Below, piece by piece: positions 47,170 to 61,330 of a DNA stretch of 64,000 bases. The DNA comes from Obrimoposthia wandeli (Eukaryota): positions 1 through 64,000 of the forward strand of contig CDROCS010002367.1 in NCBI GenBank assembly GCA_977020255.1, given 5' to 3'. The stretch's first letter is position 1. Each line of letters opens with the position of its first letter. Both the position numbers and the translations under genes were made by a program. Below the pieces are notes generated by a model. It saw only the letters and a program-made list of their open reading frames with translations, searched no databases and had not been told where the DNA came from.

Positions 47170-49220
47170 TTTAAAAAATGGAATTTACTCAATTGAAGAA
47201 ACTCGTCACAAGGATAGAGATGAATATCCGGAAAGATATAAAGTCAAGAGAATTACGAAAAAATATTTTAAATCAAAATTTGTATGCTGCTGTCGCGAAG
47301 GAGTGGAATCGAAAGGTGGAGATTCAAAACATGAGACTAGCTGAACGAAGAAGGGTCATCCAGATTCAACATGAAGAGGGTCCATCTTATAAAAAATTAA
47401 TTTTATAAAAATAGGTTTCCTTTTATTTATTTGTTACCATTACTTATATTGTTACATTATTGAATAAATATTTGACATAACCATACTAAATATAAACAAT
47501 TTTATATATAAGGTTTTATTAGATGGATGATAAAATAAATTGGAATAAATTATACATTAAATTATCTCCAGATTTATAGAAAATTATGAAAAACAATTGA
47601 AAAAACGATACTGAAAAAATTGTTGGGGAAAAAATATGCAATTTACTTTCAACATATTTAGGTAGGATTACATTTCATATCATTTATTTTAATATTCATA
47701 GGAGAATTGAAAATATATAGCAAACTCAACAAGAAAAAGTGAATACACAGAATTTTGATAAAAAATTATATTATTTTTATTATTATATTATTATTATTGA
47801 TAGAGATTATATTATAAAATAATTATGTATTATGGATATATGCGACGTTTTTCATCCTTTGCATTTCATATTTAATGTAGATGTTCCGTTTAGGTCTTTG
47901 GATTATAAGAGAAAATTTACTAATTTATATCTCACTAAATATTTTCATTTATTAAAATGGATGGAAGGAAATAAGCCTTTTTGTGAAATTTGTATTTTCA
48001 ATACAATTAAATGTAATTTTGATATTGAAAATGGATTTTTTATGTTTTAGATGTCAGGTATGGCAAACAAGTAAAAGACATTAAAAAAATTTTCCAACAG
48101 TAATATTGAATACATTAAATAATTTGCGTGATCATCTATTAAAAATTCCACAAAATATTTACTGTTCATATCGCGACCATGGTGAACATTGCGCATATAA
48201 AAAGTGTATAAGTCTATCTTACTATTACTTGACATGTAGATAAACAATCCTTCTAATTGGAGGAATAAATTAAATAAAAATCAATATTTTCATCGAATAA
48301 AATAAGACCATGTGTGTAGAAAATTAAGTACATTTTTTCGTTTCAATCTCTGATTTTTAAAATAATGAATATGGTAAAAACCTTTATTTTTATTCTTTAT
48401 TAATATTTATTATTTCAGATTACTTGCAACTTGTTTCCCGCGTATTGTGCTGCTTTGGCTGACCCAATATAACTCAATGTCATGATTTTTTAGATTCAAA
48501 TTGTATTTTAGATTTTATGTTAAAATTAGAGAAATTAGAAACTACTATTGTCAAACCAAATTGGATTGGGATTTTTTAACCTGATTATGTTTACAAAGGA
48601 AATTCTTTCTAGCTTGAAAATGATTCCAGTCTGGCTTTTAGGGATAATGTAGGTTATTTTATTGCTCCGAGAAGATGAATACGAATCAATGGATATTATA
48701 CTGATGGCGGTAAAATACAGCCTCTTTGGACTTTGAGTGAAGCTAATATGGTGTTTTATATTTGATTTGTTTAATAAATGTATTGGAATGAATTAAGTCT
48801 TCTATTTTGTTTTTCTCCTATAAATTATTACAAAATTATATTAATGACCTACATGTTTTGTCCTTTTAATATACATGTAGTAATGTATTAATCTAAAATC
48901 TGTTATTAGATGTCCTTCTTAAAAATAGTAGTCATATATTCATATAAAAGTATTATCTGAAATCTCGTCTACGATAAGTTGACTTGTTTAATATGGATTC
49001 CCGTGGTCTTCTTTAATCACTTTTGAGGTCGGATGTGAAATTCATGTATGCATGAAATTTCAATCCATGTAACATAACAAATTGGAGCCTCCCTCCCTTT
49101 GGGGTAGGGATGGACTAGACCGAACACACATACACGAAATTTCACTCCACATATGCATGATTTTAAAGTACAGTGGTACCCTTCGGGGAGGGGGGATGAC
49201 ACCAGACATATCCACCTACT
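47170..49220. mobile_element. AGTA-terminated TIR element, copy C (right part)
   Basis: Right end ...ACCAGACATATCCACCTACT (49220); 49020-49060 matches 41600-41640; 47170-48250 is homologous to 60200-61330. Confidence 0.5.
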
Positions 49221-50879
49221 GACATATGTTAATTTTCTTTATATGCTTAATCTGCTTCACACCATTAATACGAATGTCTCCTATGTATCTACTTTTTTAT
49301 CAGAAGTTATCAAACGTTCCATAAAACTACATTCATTTTGTCAATAGACAAATGTCTAAAACTGATTGAGAGGTGTATCTGAAACATAATTGAGAGTTCC
49401 CAGCATGTACAATAATAAATTGATTGACAGATTGCTTCAGGTCGTCTCTATCTATGATACTAGAAGATCTGCAACCAACTTTCTATTCTATGTCAATGAA
49501 ACTTTTCAAACTATCTTTGAGTGGTTCTGTCATTAGCACAACATTTACTGAATGATGTATATATATTTCTGAATGCTTCCGTTTTTAGTTCCGATTCTTA
49601 CCAAAGTCTGAGTCATTTTTCTGATATAAAATTTATAAAATTGTTCTACATATTATATAACTTCAATAAATGCACAATAAATGAATAATGCAGATATAAA
49701 CTTTGATTCATTAAAGCAAGTTTAAAGATGTATAGAAATTCTGACATTGAAAACCGACATTATTTATGTAATAACCAAATGTTTAATAGAGTTCTTACAT
49801 CTAAAAGTCTATGATTTATTACTCACAAGTGCTTCATGTTTTCCAAATGTCTTCTTAAAATTTTCTGTATAGTAAAGAAAATTTCAACATTGTTCTAGTT
49901 TAATATATCTACCGGTAAAGTTTTGTATAGCTTCGAAGAATAAATTTCAAATATTCTAACACTATCTTTGTTATTTGAGTATTTCCTAACTAATTTAAAG
50001 TTCTCATCGTTGCTCCTAAGATGTCTATAAATGCTCACTGCACCAGGTTTGAGAATATTTCGATAATATGTAGAATCTTCAATTCAAGTTTGGCATTAAT
50101 CTACAGTCGATGGAGTTTCACTAAATCTTCACTTGTTCTAGCACTTTTCTTTAATTTAAATATAATATTGTATGTTTTTATCACTTTATTATCGTTTCAT
50201 CGAGAACGTAACCAATGTTATTCAACTAAATTGCCTGAATCTTAGAGTGTCATTCTAGTATATCAGTAAAACGTACGAAGTAGAGCTAAAACTGTAGTTA
50301 TCGAAAAGTAACAAAGCCTCGCCCCAAAAGAAAAAAAGAATATACAGCAATTAAGTATAGTTGGAGCAGTCAGTCATTCATCTGGATAAAAATGTAGACC
50401 CATACAGTTAACAAAATTGACTCTAAATGAGGTCGGTTCGTTAACATGTGAATGGTTCCACAAATGGGATAAAAACAGTTGTAAATCACTTTGACACAAT
50501 AACGGTTTGTCTCCGGAATTTGGGTCTTACTCACGTAGTCTATTAGCATTTACTAAATTTAGAGTTGACGCTATCTGGAACACCATGCGTAGTAATTTAC
50601 GACATCACAATCAATTAGATTCTTTAATCGAGTAGATATGTTGAAGCGTATTTATAAATTGTATCCCATAATTTTTTAATAAAAAATAGTAACAAATTCA
50701 TATTTTACAATTCATTTTGAGATATTCTCTATATTATGCTTCATTATGACTTCATTGATTTTCAACATATTTTATTGCAAAATTATTCTGAATAACTAGA
50801 GATTATTTACATTTAGAGACATTTACACTCAGAAAATACACAAAATGGAAATATAAACCAAACACAGCTCCGTATAGGT

Positions 50880-51330
50880 TTATAAATGCGCACATGATCG
50901 GATCTCTTGTTCATAAGTGTTATAGTCAGAACGATCAAGTGACCAGACATAAACTCCCATCATAGCAACATCCCAATTTCCTGCATTATTTATTCCCATC
51001 ATTCTTATGTCTTGGTTAAACCTTCCCCCTTCTTCACTGATGACAACCATATTGGGCTGAAAACACTCCAAATGAGAATGTATGTAATGTAATTTTATGG
51101 ACCTCCGACAGCCATGGATGTTCTCGTCAATCAGTTATCATAAAATCCTCAAGAACTCGCCAAAATGTTTGCGAATCATTCTTTCCAATATGTCATTTTG
51201 CTTTTAAGCTCAGCACTGTCCAAGATCTTTCTAAATTTAGTCCAAATATATATTCTAGATTTTAACTTTGCACCAGACAGTTTCAGCTTGACGTTGAGAA
51301 AGGTTCTCTAGACATCGAAATTTCATAATC
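50880..51330 (-). mobile_element. Decayed Chapaev3-like transposase C-terminus
   Basis: IKLHYIHSHLECFQPNM..ISEEGGRFNQDIRMM....GNWDVAMM..YVWSLDR. Confidence 0.6.
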
Positions 51331-52359
51331 TATGTACATAATGTCATTTTTCAAAATAATCATTTCAGAATATAGCTCCGAAAAACGAAATCATGACTAG
51401 ATGATGCCATAAAAGTATTTTTCTAGCAATGAGTAAAAATGAAAAAATTGGAAATGTTTCATATGCTGTGTAATTGAACAAAAAAAAATTATAAAAAAAA
51501 ATGTATACGCCAAAAAAATAGAACTGATAATTAAATAAATTTCCTCCAGAAAAAAAGTTATATTTTCAGGATTTATCGATGCTAGAAAATTACAAGTATC
51601 AGATTAAAAGTATCAGATTAAATTGTTATCCGGGATAAATTTGAAGGAAGTGTTATTCTTTTTTATAATAAATATGGAACAGAAAAGAAACATTGTAATT
51701 ACTTTTAAAACATTTTTTTGTGTTGGATTAAGAAAGTTTGTTTGTTTCGGTTTTCTTTCTTTTTTTACTTATTGAAAAAATAAATATTGTAATTGTTTGC
51801 AAAAGCAGTTTATATTAAATTGTTACAATAAAATTCTGAAGCTTGGACTTAGGGGACAATCTTAAAAGCTGATCTCTGAATCACGTTCAATTTTTTTTTA
51901 TTAAACATACAGGAACGTTGTTCAAATTTTAATAAATCCTAAGTTCAGAAAATATGAAAATAAAATCAAAATTCCGTTGTTTACATGATATTTTATATAT
52001 TTACTACAGGGCAAAACTCGAGTTTAAATCAATCGCATAAAAAATAAGTAAGGGAGTATTTTATTCAAAATTTTACAATTACTTTAGGTTTTGTATAATT
52101 AGATTATCATTTTTAAAAAAATAATTTTAGTCTAAAACGTTTTCTCATGTGATTTGAAGTATTTAAACAACAATAACCATCGAAAATAATCTTTATTAAA
52201 CATAAAAATGTTCCATTTACAAATTTTAAATTTCCCAAATAGTTTACATTAAAATTCTCAATCTTTCAAAATAAAAACTTTAAATGTTTTACAAAGCAAA
52301 AATTAATTACTGACATTAAATTAAATTTTATTTGATGATATTTAAAATATGTTGAAACA

Positions 52360-52800
52360 ACTTAGATATGGAACAATACATTTGGAACAAACTATACAAA
52401 ACAGGTTCACCACATATGGTTTCCAATGACCAAGGAAGATAATTCATTAGCCAACAATTCAACAAACTATATAAGAAAACTTAAAACACACCACGACTAC
52501 AACCTGTAATCAAACGGAAAGATAGAGAGATTGCAGCATAAAAGAAAGATTCCCATGTTTTGAAACATTGGAAACTCAACTTTTATAACTTTACTATGGG
52601 ATTGAAAAATAACAAATTTAAACGACAACACCAGACCCACATCAATATATTTTCAAAGCACACACACCCAGAATTTACAACAAACGCACAAACAATTTTA
52701 AAACTTATTGCATCATACACATAAACATACTTAAAATACACAATGGACTTTCATTAGAACGAGAGTCCATACAATATCATCCGATACAACACTTTATCAA
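52360..52800 (+). mobile_element. Decayed Gypsy integrase fragment
   Basis: GSPHMVSNDQGR.FISQQF...SNGKIERL. Confidence 0.5.
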
Positions 52801-53999
52801 AATAAGAAAAATCGATCTCTAATAAAAAAAACAGAAACAGAAACCCAACGCTCACTTTGAAAAAACACTCATAAACTTCGTTTCTGAGGGTGGTATTTAA
52901 TGTTGTGTTTCAAATAAGGCTTTGCCGATATAGCTTTATGTGTCAAATTGTTAATTAAAAAAAAATTAATTAAATTTTAAAAAATGGATGTTTTAATGGA
53001 ATTAATCGTACAAATCTTTATGACCAGTCGATCCAAAACAAAATGATTCATTCTGCCAAGGCAAACGTCAGAAACAACAACAGTGTTTCTTTCCAATACA
53101 TGTAATTCTTAGAATCTACAAAAAACTACTCGGCCACAAAAATCATAGAAAAGCACAGTTTATTTTGATTAAATATAATTTCTAACAATAATATTCACCC
53201 ATTAAAAGCAGTCATCCACAACAGCCTTCTATATTTGACCATATTTATCAATAATTTCAGATGTCACTTTTTAGAATATTAACCAATTAAGAAAATAGAA
53301 AATCAAGTTTCGAAATAAAAATTGCAGGCATTAGTATTGTAGTTATCTCAGTTGTAAAATATTTTCTTATCATTATATAACTATTTTCGATGACTGCGTT
53401 TTTTATCACTTTTATAATTTGACAATTCATTTTACTTTTTAATTTAATAATATTTTTGCAGGCTTGTATGAATACAATTTATATTATTCTTAGATCCAAA
53501 TAATAAAATAAAAATAGTTTCATTGTCATTAATTTCATAATTTCTACATCTATATTTAATCTCTATAGCTATTTCATTACTAATATTTTACATTTCAGAA
53601 AATGAGATTTCAGTCTTTAGAATTCAAAGCAACATAAAGTTGTGTGTCATCGGCATACAGGTGGAAATGAATATTGTATTTTTAAAAAATCGCTACATTT
53701 GATGGAGTTTAAATTGAAATGCCATGTAGATTTGTATGAATTGAAGTCTATGGTTGTCGTTCAATCTAATAAAGATTATTGTAGCAAAATTGGATGGAAA
53801 TTGTTATGTATTCCAGTAAATGGCTCATAGTGAGAATAAAACATCACTGGATTTATGTGATTAATTCGTTTATTATGTATTTTTCTCTCAGTTTACAGCC
53901 TGGGCCATAAATATTAATTGTGCTGTCGAGGAGTATCGTAAATTTAGTAGTAAATATATAAATACATGCACAGATATCGATTTTATTGGTATCGAAGAG

Positions 54000-54853
54000 T
54001 ATGGGAAAAATAGTCTCTGGGGACTGGCAGAAATGTAAACATATGTATACACACGCACCACAGTTTTCGGCGAAGATGGGCTAATATTTAGTTTGGTGGG
54101 ATAGTTGAGATTCGGTGTTTCCCTACGTTGCTCACAGGCTACAAGCCTTCTAAGGTTAGCTTAACTGACTTCACGATTAAGATTGTATATATATACCTAT
54201 CAAATCAAATCTAAATAATAATTAGACAGCGAAAATTTAATCTAAAATATAAAAAATTGCAAACAATTAAAAATAAATGTCTTTGGCTGGATACGGCCTC
54301 GGGAAAGTATAAATGATAAAATTATGATCATTGTAGAAAAGTGTTTATTGATGAAAAATCAACACATTTATTTTGATTTGATAAAAATACTTAAACGAAC
54401 AAAATAAAATTAAGAAAACATTGCTTTAATACAAATAAAATAAGGATTTGCTTAAAAGCATCTGAAGAAGACAGAATGCATTTAATTTTTGTTGTTGCAC
54501 TGTATTAAAAAATGATCATGTCAGTTTCAAAGACAAGTAAAATAATCTACAGACATGCGATTACTTTCTAAATTAAAGCATATACTTAAAAGAAAGAAGC
54601 ATTTAAGAGGAAATAAGTTTACTTCTAAAGATGAACTAAAAGAAACTGTTGACAATTTTCTTGTTCAAAAAGACGATATTTTCTTTAAAAGGTTTTTTGA
54701 AATGCTAGTTGAACTGTGAAAAAAGTGTGTATTTGGGGGAAGGTGGTTACATGGAAAAATAAACCTAACCTATAATGTATTTATAAATATAAAATCTTAT
54801 TGTTATAACACTTTTTATTCATGTCGAGTCTCGATACCTTTTATCCATACTAT
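54000..54853 (+). mobile_element. mariner remnant
   Basis: HLRGNKFTSKDELKE.V..FL....FF...EMLVEL*KKCV...GGYMEK C-terminus and degenerate inverted ends. Confidence 0.5.
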
Positions 54854-55057
54854 GTATGTACACCATTCTCTAAACTTAACAAGTAAACCAAAATTAGTTC
54901 GTTGAAATAAAATTTAAATATATAAGACGATTATTGTATAAAATAAAGGTTTAAAGGTCACACCGAGATGAAAACTTCAAACATATTTGCAGCAATATAG
55001 TGAAAATAATATAACTTCATTTAAAGAAGGTCTTGAGGGATTTATTGAATGCTTTTG

Positions 55058-58000
55058 AGTAAGTGGATGTCTCCAGTCAAATCCAACTCCTTCATCCTAG
55101 AGGAGGGACACATATGTCCTTTAAAACTGTACATGTTTAATTTTTTTAATACTGAGATATACATACACTTTTCAACTGCACAAGAGCATTTTACTGGGGC
55201 AGATAGTACAATGGTCAAGGTGGCGGACTGAAGTTAGAAGATTAAGCACAATGGATACTTGAATTTAATCAACAGATAGTTCAAGCATGTGCTTACTATT
55301 CTCGGCCTACCATTTCGGTTAGTTTCTGAAATTCCCAATATTTCATGACGAAACGTTCTCGTGTTTACTTACTGTACTATACCACGACTAGTAAAGCACT
55401 ATACGATACTTTATTAAAATGAATTATATGCAAAAGTAAAGTGTAAGTGCTTTTAACATAAAATTATCACTCACCCTGAGCGCAAAATGTATTGTGAACC
55501 AATTTGAGAGTCTCACATGCTTTCAAATGCCAAAAATCCACGCGAACTCCTCGCGCTAAAAAATTCCTCCTGACTTTGGGCTTTCTGAGCGTAGCGATAT
55601 ATGATGATAAGGGTCACAAAAATGTTTGGGCACTAAAAATTTATGTGTACGTTTTTATATCCATTTACAAAGTTGATATTATTTTTTTGTCTTCAAGACA
55701 CACAAATTTCTCTTCCCTTAATTTCATACATGCAATTGTTCTACCCTTATATGCCATATACAGACAATGATGGTCAAAGAATTTATGCAAATACTATAAA
55801 TTTTAGAAAAAAGTTATATTTGAATATCATGCTCCTAATGAACGATCAATAATTAATATCTTAATTCTCATTCGTTTTCCGTTAGATGCTAGTTTATATA
55901 AAGAAAGCTCTCATCATTGCTTTCCATTATTAATATTTAAAATGCCTCATTACAACAACGTTGATATGGTAACGAAGTTCAAGGAACAGTTGTACCATCA
56001 CAGTATATTGACTTACTTAGTCAAACCTCAATGGACGAAAATGAACCTCTCCCCACATTTACCCCAATAGAAGCAACATCAGTAGTACCACCAGCAGCAA
56101 CATAGAAGGGGTACATAGAGCGTAATATGTCGACCTGATTAATCAGGAGTCACTAGAAGACTGTACTACCCAGCGAACTCTGCTCAAGTTGCTTACCCTT
56201 CAACTTCGGCGGAAGCAACTATGAGATCTGTAAGGAGGGAGTGAAGAATGTAATTTTTGATAATTAAACTTTAAATATATAAAAATTATTCACATGACAT
56301 TTTAATTAGAGATTATAATATATGTGGGCAAGAATATTCCAAGTGGAAGTTTCTCAAAATTTGTTTAAATATTGTAAATAACAATTTAAGAGACAGAAAA
56401 GAGCAGTGATATTAATGCAGATTTCTGAAGATTTCTTGGAATATGTAGCTACTATCGCAGATTCATAGAAGGATATGCACGGAAAGCAAAAGCTCTAGAA
56501 AGAATGTGTGGGTTGAACAAAGACAAGCTAATATGGACAGATTCATGCGAAGAAGCTTTTCAGGAAATGAAAGATGCATTAACTAGAATCCCGGTATTAG
56601 CATTCCCATATTTCACAAAGGAATTCATTCTGGACACCGATGCTTGTTTTGACACAATTGGAGCGGTGTTGTCTCAAGTCGGAGAAATATGCAAAGAACA
56701 TGTCATAGCATACAGATCCCATACAATGACTGCACATGAAAAGGGATACTGCATTACAAGAACAGAGCTATTAGCAATTTACTATTTCTGTCAGCATTTC
56801 AACCACTCTTTATATGGAAAGATATTCAAACTAAGAACTGATCACAAGCCATAACGTTCATGCTTAGAACAACAAAACTTCCCAATTCCAGACTTGGATA
56901 AATTATTTAAGTTGCTTGGACATTCAGATGGAATATAGAAGAGGTGTTTTGCATAGTAATCCTGACATGATGTCAAGAAGAACGTGCAGAATTTGCACCC
57001 AATGTTTAACGACACATAAAGAAGCTAAAACAGAAAAGATAAAAACCAGAATACTGGCGGTGACAACTCGAAGTCAGACCAAGGAATTAAGAAAAGAAAG
57101 GGTCATGAAAGAAAAGAGAATTGATCACGCAAACACATAGACTACTATGACCACTATAGACTACTATAGACCACATGAAAACATAAAAGATAAATTTGAC
57201 ATGGAAGAATGTAAGAAGACAGTAAAATACATAATTTTGGAATGCATAGAATGCCAGGAGACAAAAACAATGACGACCAGAACAAAAGAGAAAATGATAA
57301 AAATTACCATCAGTGAATTGTACGAAAAAATATACATAGATATTTATGGTCCATGGAAAGAGCCAGTAAAAAGAGAAAAATATATTATGGCAATGATAGA
57401 CCACTATAGCAAATATATAGTGCTAACAGCTATCAAACGACAAGACGAAGAGACAGTTATAGAAACGATACTAAAAGGTTGGATTCTTAAATTTGGCGCA
57501 CCAAGGAAGATTCACGTTGACTGCGAAAAATGTTTTGAGGTAAAAAACGTAAGAGATCTGATGAAAGAAAAAGGTATCAATTTAATTTTCTCAGGCCCGT
57601 ATCACCACAATACAAACGAAATGGTAGAAAGACAGTTTAGGACGATAAGATATTTTATGCACGCAAGTATGAAAGAAAGAAACTTTCACAAGTTGGGCAG
57701 AGATATTACCGGACGTGAAATTTACGATTAACGCAACGAAGCAAAAGACAATAGGAGTCAACCCGACAGAAGTAGTTTTGGGAGAAAAAAATTGATAGAA
57801 TAAAATGGTACAATGATGATGATACAGATCGACATAAAATAAAAGACAGATTAAAGGATGGGAGCAACGAAAAGGAAGAAGAGACTCGGAGAACATTTCA
57901 GATATGCGAAGATGTCTGGGTTAAGTAAGAAGTTCGAAACAAAGATGAAGACCGTTACGAAGGACCTTTCAAAATTATTGAAAAACTCCATGATAGGAGT

Positions 58001-61000
58001 TACAAGCTAAAAGACAAAGGAAAAAAAAATTATACGGAATGTGGAAAAGATCAAAAATCTTAAAAAAGAGGGTGGATGTAAGGAGGTTAAGAAGAATGTA
58101 ATTTTTGATAACTAAAATTTAAATATATAAAAATTATTCACGTGACATTTGAATAAGAGATTATAATATATGTGGGCTAGAATATACAAAGTGGAAGTTT
58201 CTCAAAATTTGTTTAAATATTGTAAATGAAAAAATAATTTTTTGAATTTTGAAAAGTATTTTAATTAATGGAAACGACTAATATAGATAGTCCAATCGCG
58301 GTTAACAAAATCAGTGGTACCCCCGAGAAAGAGGAGCAAATCCTTTGACTTCTACAAGGCTTCGATCAAATGTAAATGTCACTGGAAATTGATCCTATTG
58401 TCTCAACCGGAGAAAGGTATTACTCAAGACTCTGACGTAGACCTGTTCAGTAACCACGAAACTGACAAAACTGGGAATGTCACTACGTTCATACTGGCAA
58501 CACAGGAAAATTCCAAGGAGGGCGAGAACAAGGATTTGACTATGTTCCATAATGAATGGGATGGAGTTACACCAACTCTGACATCAAATTCAGTCACACG
58601 GCCGACCAGTGACAGCATTGTGGTTTAATTAGATGAGAACGAAGACTTACATCACTTCCTAGATGAATAAGATGATATCAAATCATCAACTCCTGCTATC
58701 CTGATAGGCTGTGAGTCCCTTGCTTCAAGTGAATCCCTCGTCGAGGAGTTGGGTGATGACGAGTGGCACATGTACGACGAATGATACAGACTTACATCAT
58801 CGCCTGCTGCAGATGCTCCAACTCCTACAGTCAACGATACAGTGTAACTGCAAGAGTCTGTATTGCAAAGGTCACGGTCATCTGTTAGATGGGCTAAGAT
58901 AATTCAGGTGACGAATGAAGTTGATTTATTTATTTAAATCATATGTTATTAATTTATTTTTTCAATAAACTCAACTTAACATTGTGTCATCGGTGATTTT
59001 GATGGAGAGGTAGCTTGAACCAAAAGTCATTGCAAACCAAAGCAGTCAAGATCTTCTACGAATTCACCTGTGATATCTGGTTTGCTCTGGATTGTGACAG
59101 GTAAAATGATTTTGTATTTGAGAAAAAAATATTAGCTTTAATTCATGTAGGAACCCGATCAGGTACAGTACGAGCGAGAAGAGCTGGGAGAGATGACCAA
59201 GTAGATGCTCACGACAAAGGAGGAGACATTCATATCGCAAGAGAAACTGGCTTCACCAACAGACGATGGCTAAATCTTGTATGAGAGGATTCCCGTGGCG
59301 CAAATTGAGCAGTCTCCAACACTGAGTCAACTGCGTCTGGAACGGTCTACTGAGGCGGTTCATCTCTAATTCAACGACTACCAGCACTAGAGTCATCCGA
59401 GTAAACTACAACAACTCTTAGCCCTAATTCGGGAAGATACTGATACCACTTATAAAGCTGCAGCATCAACCAGTCAAAATTTACACATTGGCGGAATTTG
59501 TAACTCCTCAACCGCAACCGCAGTCTTGGTTCAGTATCCTCTTTTTCAATGGCAACATTATGCGATGGTACGGCAGCTGGTGTGCGAGAAGGAGCAGAAG
59601 GAGAAAAAGAAGGGGAAATAAGCAGTTTCTCGAAAAGAAGGTGGCTACTTCTTCAACTTCTATTTTTTTGCGGTATCAAAACATCCTCCTTGTCGTGGGG
59701 CTTTAACATCGGCTGCAGCACATCCCAGGAAGACTAGGCCAATCCAGCTAAAGCCAGGAACGGAAACTGGAACGCAACAACCAGTAGTTGTGCCAACATA
59801 AAAGAAGTCAGGTCGGCCGAATAAACCAAAACAGCCAAAGAAATCAACATCACGATCACAACAAAGTCAGAGGGATTACTTTCGTAAAGAATTAAGTATA
59901 ATTTTTAAAAATTAAACTATAACAATAACAAAAGCGCATGATTGTATTAAATTGTATTTATTTGAAAATAATTTCGTCTAAAAATTTATATATATTTTTT
60001 CATAAGATAACTAAAGATTTATATGCATACATATTCCAAATAGGTTATTTTAGCTCATATCAAAAAACTTTATTATTTAAGTTTACTTTTATTGTATATA
60101 AAAGATAAAAATAGTTAAAATAACTGTTTTTATTTAATTCTTTTCAATTGAATTAAAATTAGTTAGAAATTTATATTAGTATGTTCTACATTATTTTATT
60201 TCATTATTTACGTATAATGAAATTCGAATAAATAAAGTAACTGATGGCATGAATCAGAAAAACCGTGAGAAAAAAATATCAAACAAGTAGAGATGCCTAA
60301 GAAAGTCTTATTCCAGCAGATGTATGCAGCTGTCACGTTGGAATGGAACAAGAATGCGAAGTTGCAGAACATGCGATGAGCGGAACCAAAAACGGCCCAG
60401 CGGCATTCATTGGATAAAAACCGTTTTCCAAAAAGTAATATTACTGCAATGTATTTTTATAATACATGTTACTAAAAGAATTGCAATAATTTATTTAATC
60501 TAAAATTAAATTAATAGTTATTAATAAATTATATTTGTGCGTTTCTAAAAAATGAGTGATAAATATAATTGGAATAGATTACAAATTAAATTGTCTCCAG
60601 ATTTAATCGAAGAATAAAAAAAAATTATTGATACTCCAGAAATCGTTGGCGATAAATGATGAAATTTTCTTGCAAAATATTTAGGTAGAATTTTCTTTAT
60701 TTTTGCTTTTTAATAGGGAATGTGAAAATGATAATAAACATTAATGAGAAAAAAATGAACACGGTAAAATATATATTTTTAATATTTTCATATTTTTAAA
60801 AATTTATTTATTTATTTGATTCCTGAAAATATTATTAGCAAACGTATTTAGGATTTTTTTTTGTTAATTATGTATGAATAATTTATTGAATCTGAGACTT
60901 TCATTAAAAAAGACAGCTGATATTATAAAGCAATTATATGTCATGGATTTACACAAGGTTTTTTCATAATTTACACTATATTTCATGTAGATATTTTGTT

Positions 61001-61330
61001 TAAGTCTGTAGATGATAAAAAATAAAATTACTACTACATTTCTAACAGATTAAATTTATTTGTTAAAATGGAAAGAAGTGAAGAAAATATTTTGTGAAAT
61101 TTGTATTTCTGATGAAATAAATTCTAAATTTAATATTGAAAATTTTATTTTTTATGTTTTAGATGAAATGAGTTAGAAGACATTGAAAATGTATTTTCCA
61201 AAATTAAGATACTTTTTTAATAATATATTTCACATAATTAATTATTAAAAATTTCAAATAATATTTGCTGTCCATATCGTGATCATGGTGAACATTGTGC
61301 ATATAATAAGTGTATACATCTATCTTATTA
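55058..61330. mobile_element. AGTA-terminated TIR element, copy B, interrupted by a Gypsy element
   Basis: Left end AGTAAGTGGATGTCTCCAGTCAAATCC...GTCCTTTAAAACTGTACATG; shares blocks with copies A and C. Confidence 0.5.
56229..58227 (+). mobile_element. Internally deleted, decayed Gypsy LTR retrotransposon
   Basis: ~150-bp direct repeats starting TGTAAGG at 56229 and 58077; PPT AAAAAAGAGGGTGGA 58062-76; RNase H (FILDTDAC, TDHKP), IN core (YIDIYGP, VERQFRT) and GPF remnants. Confidence 0.88.

Noticed and set aside
49300-50300. Possible LINE RT remnant
   Set aside because: No diagnostic RT motif could be read.
53891-54034. Exon-like segment with good acceptor and donor
   Set aside because: It overlaps the probable mariner end and has no identifiable product.
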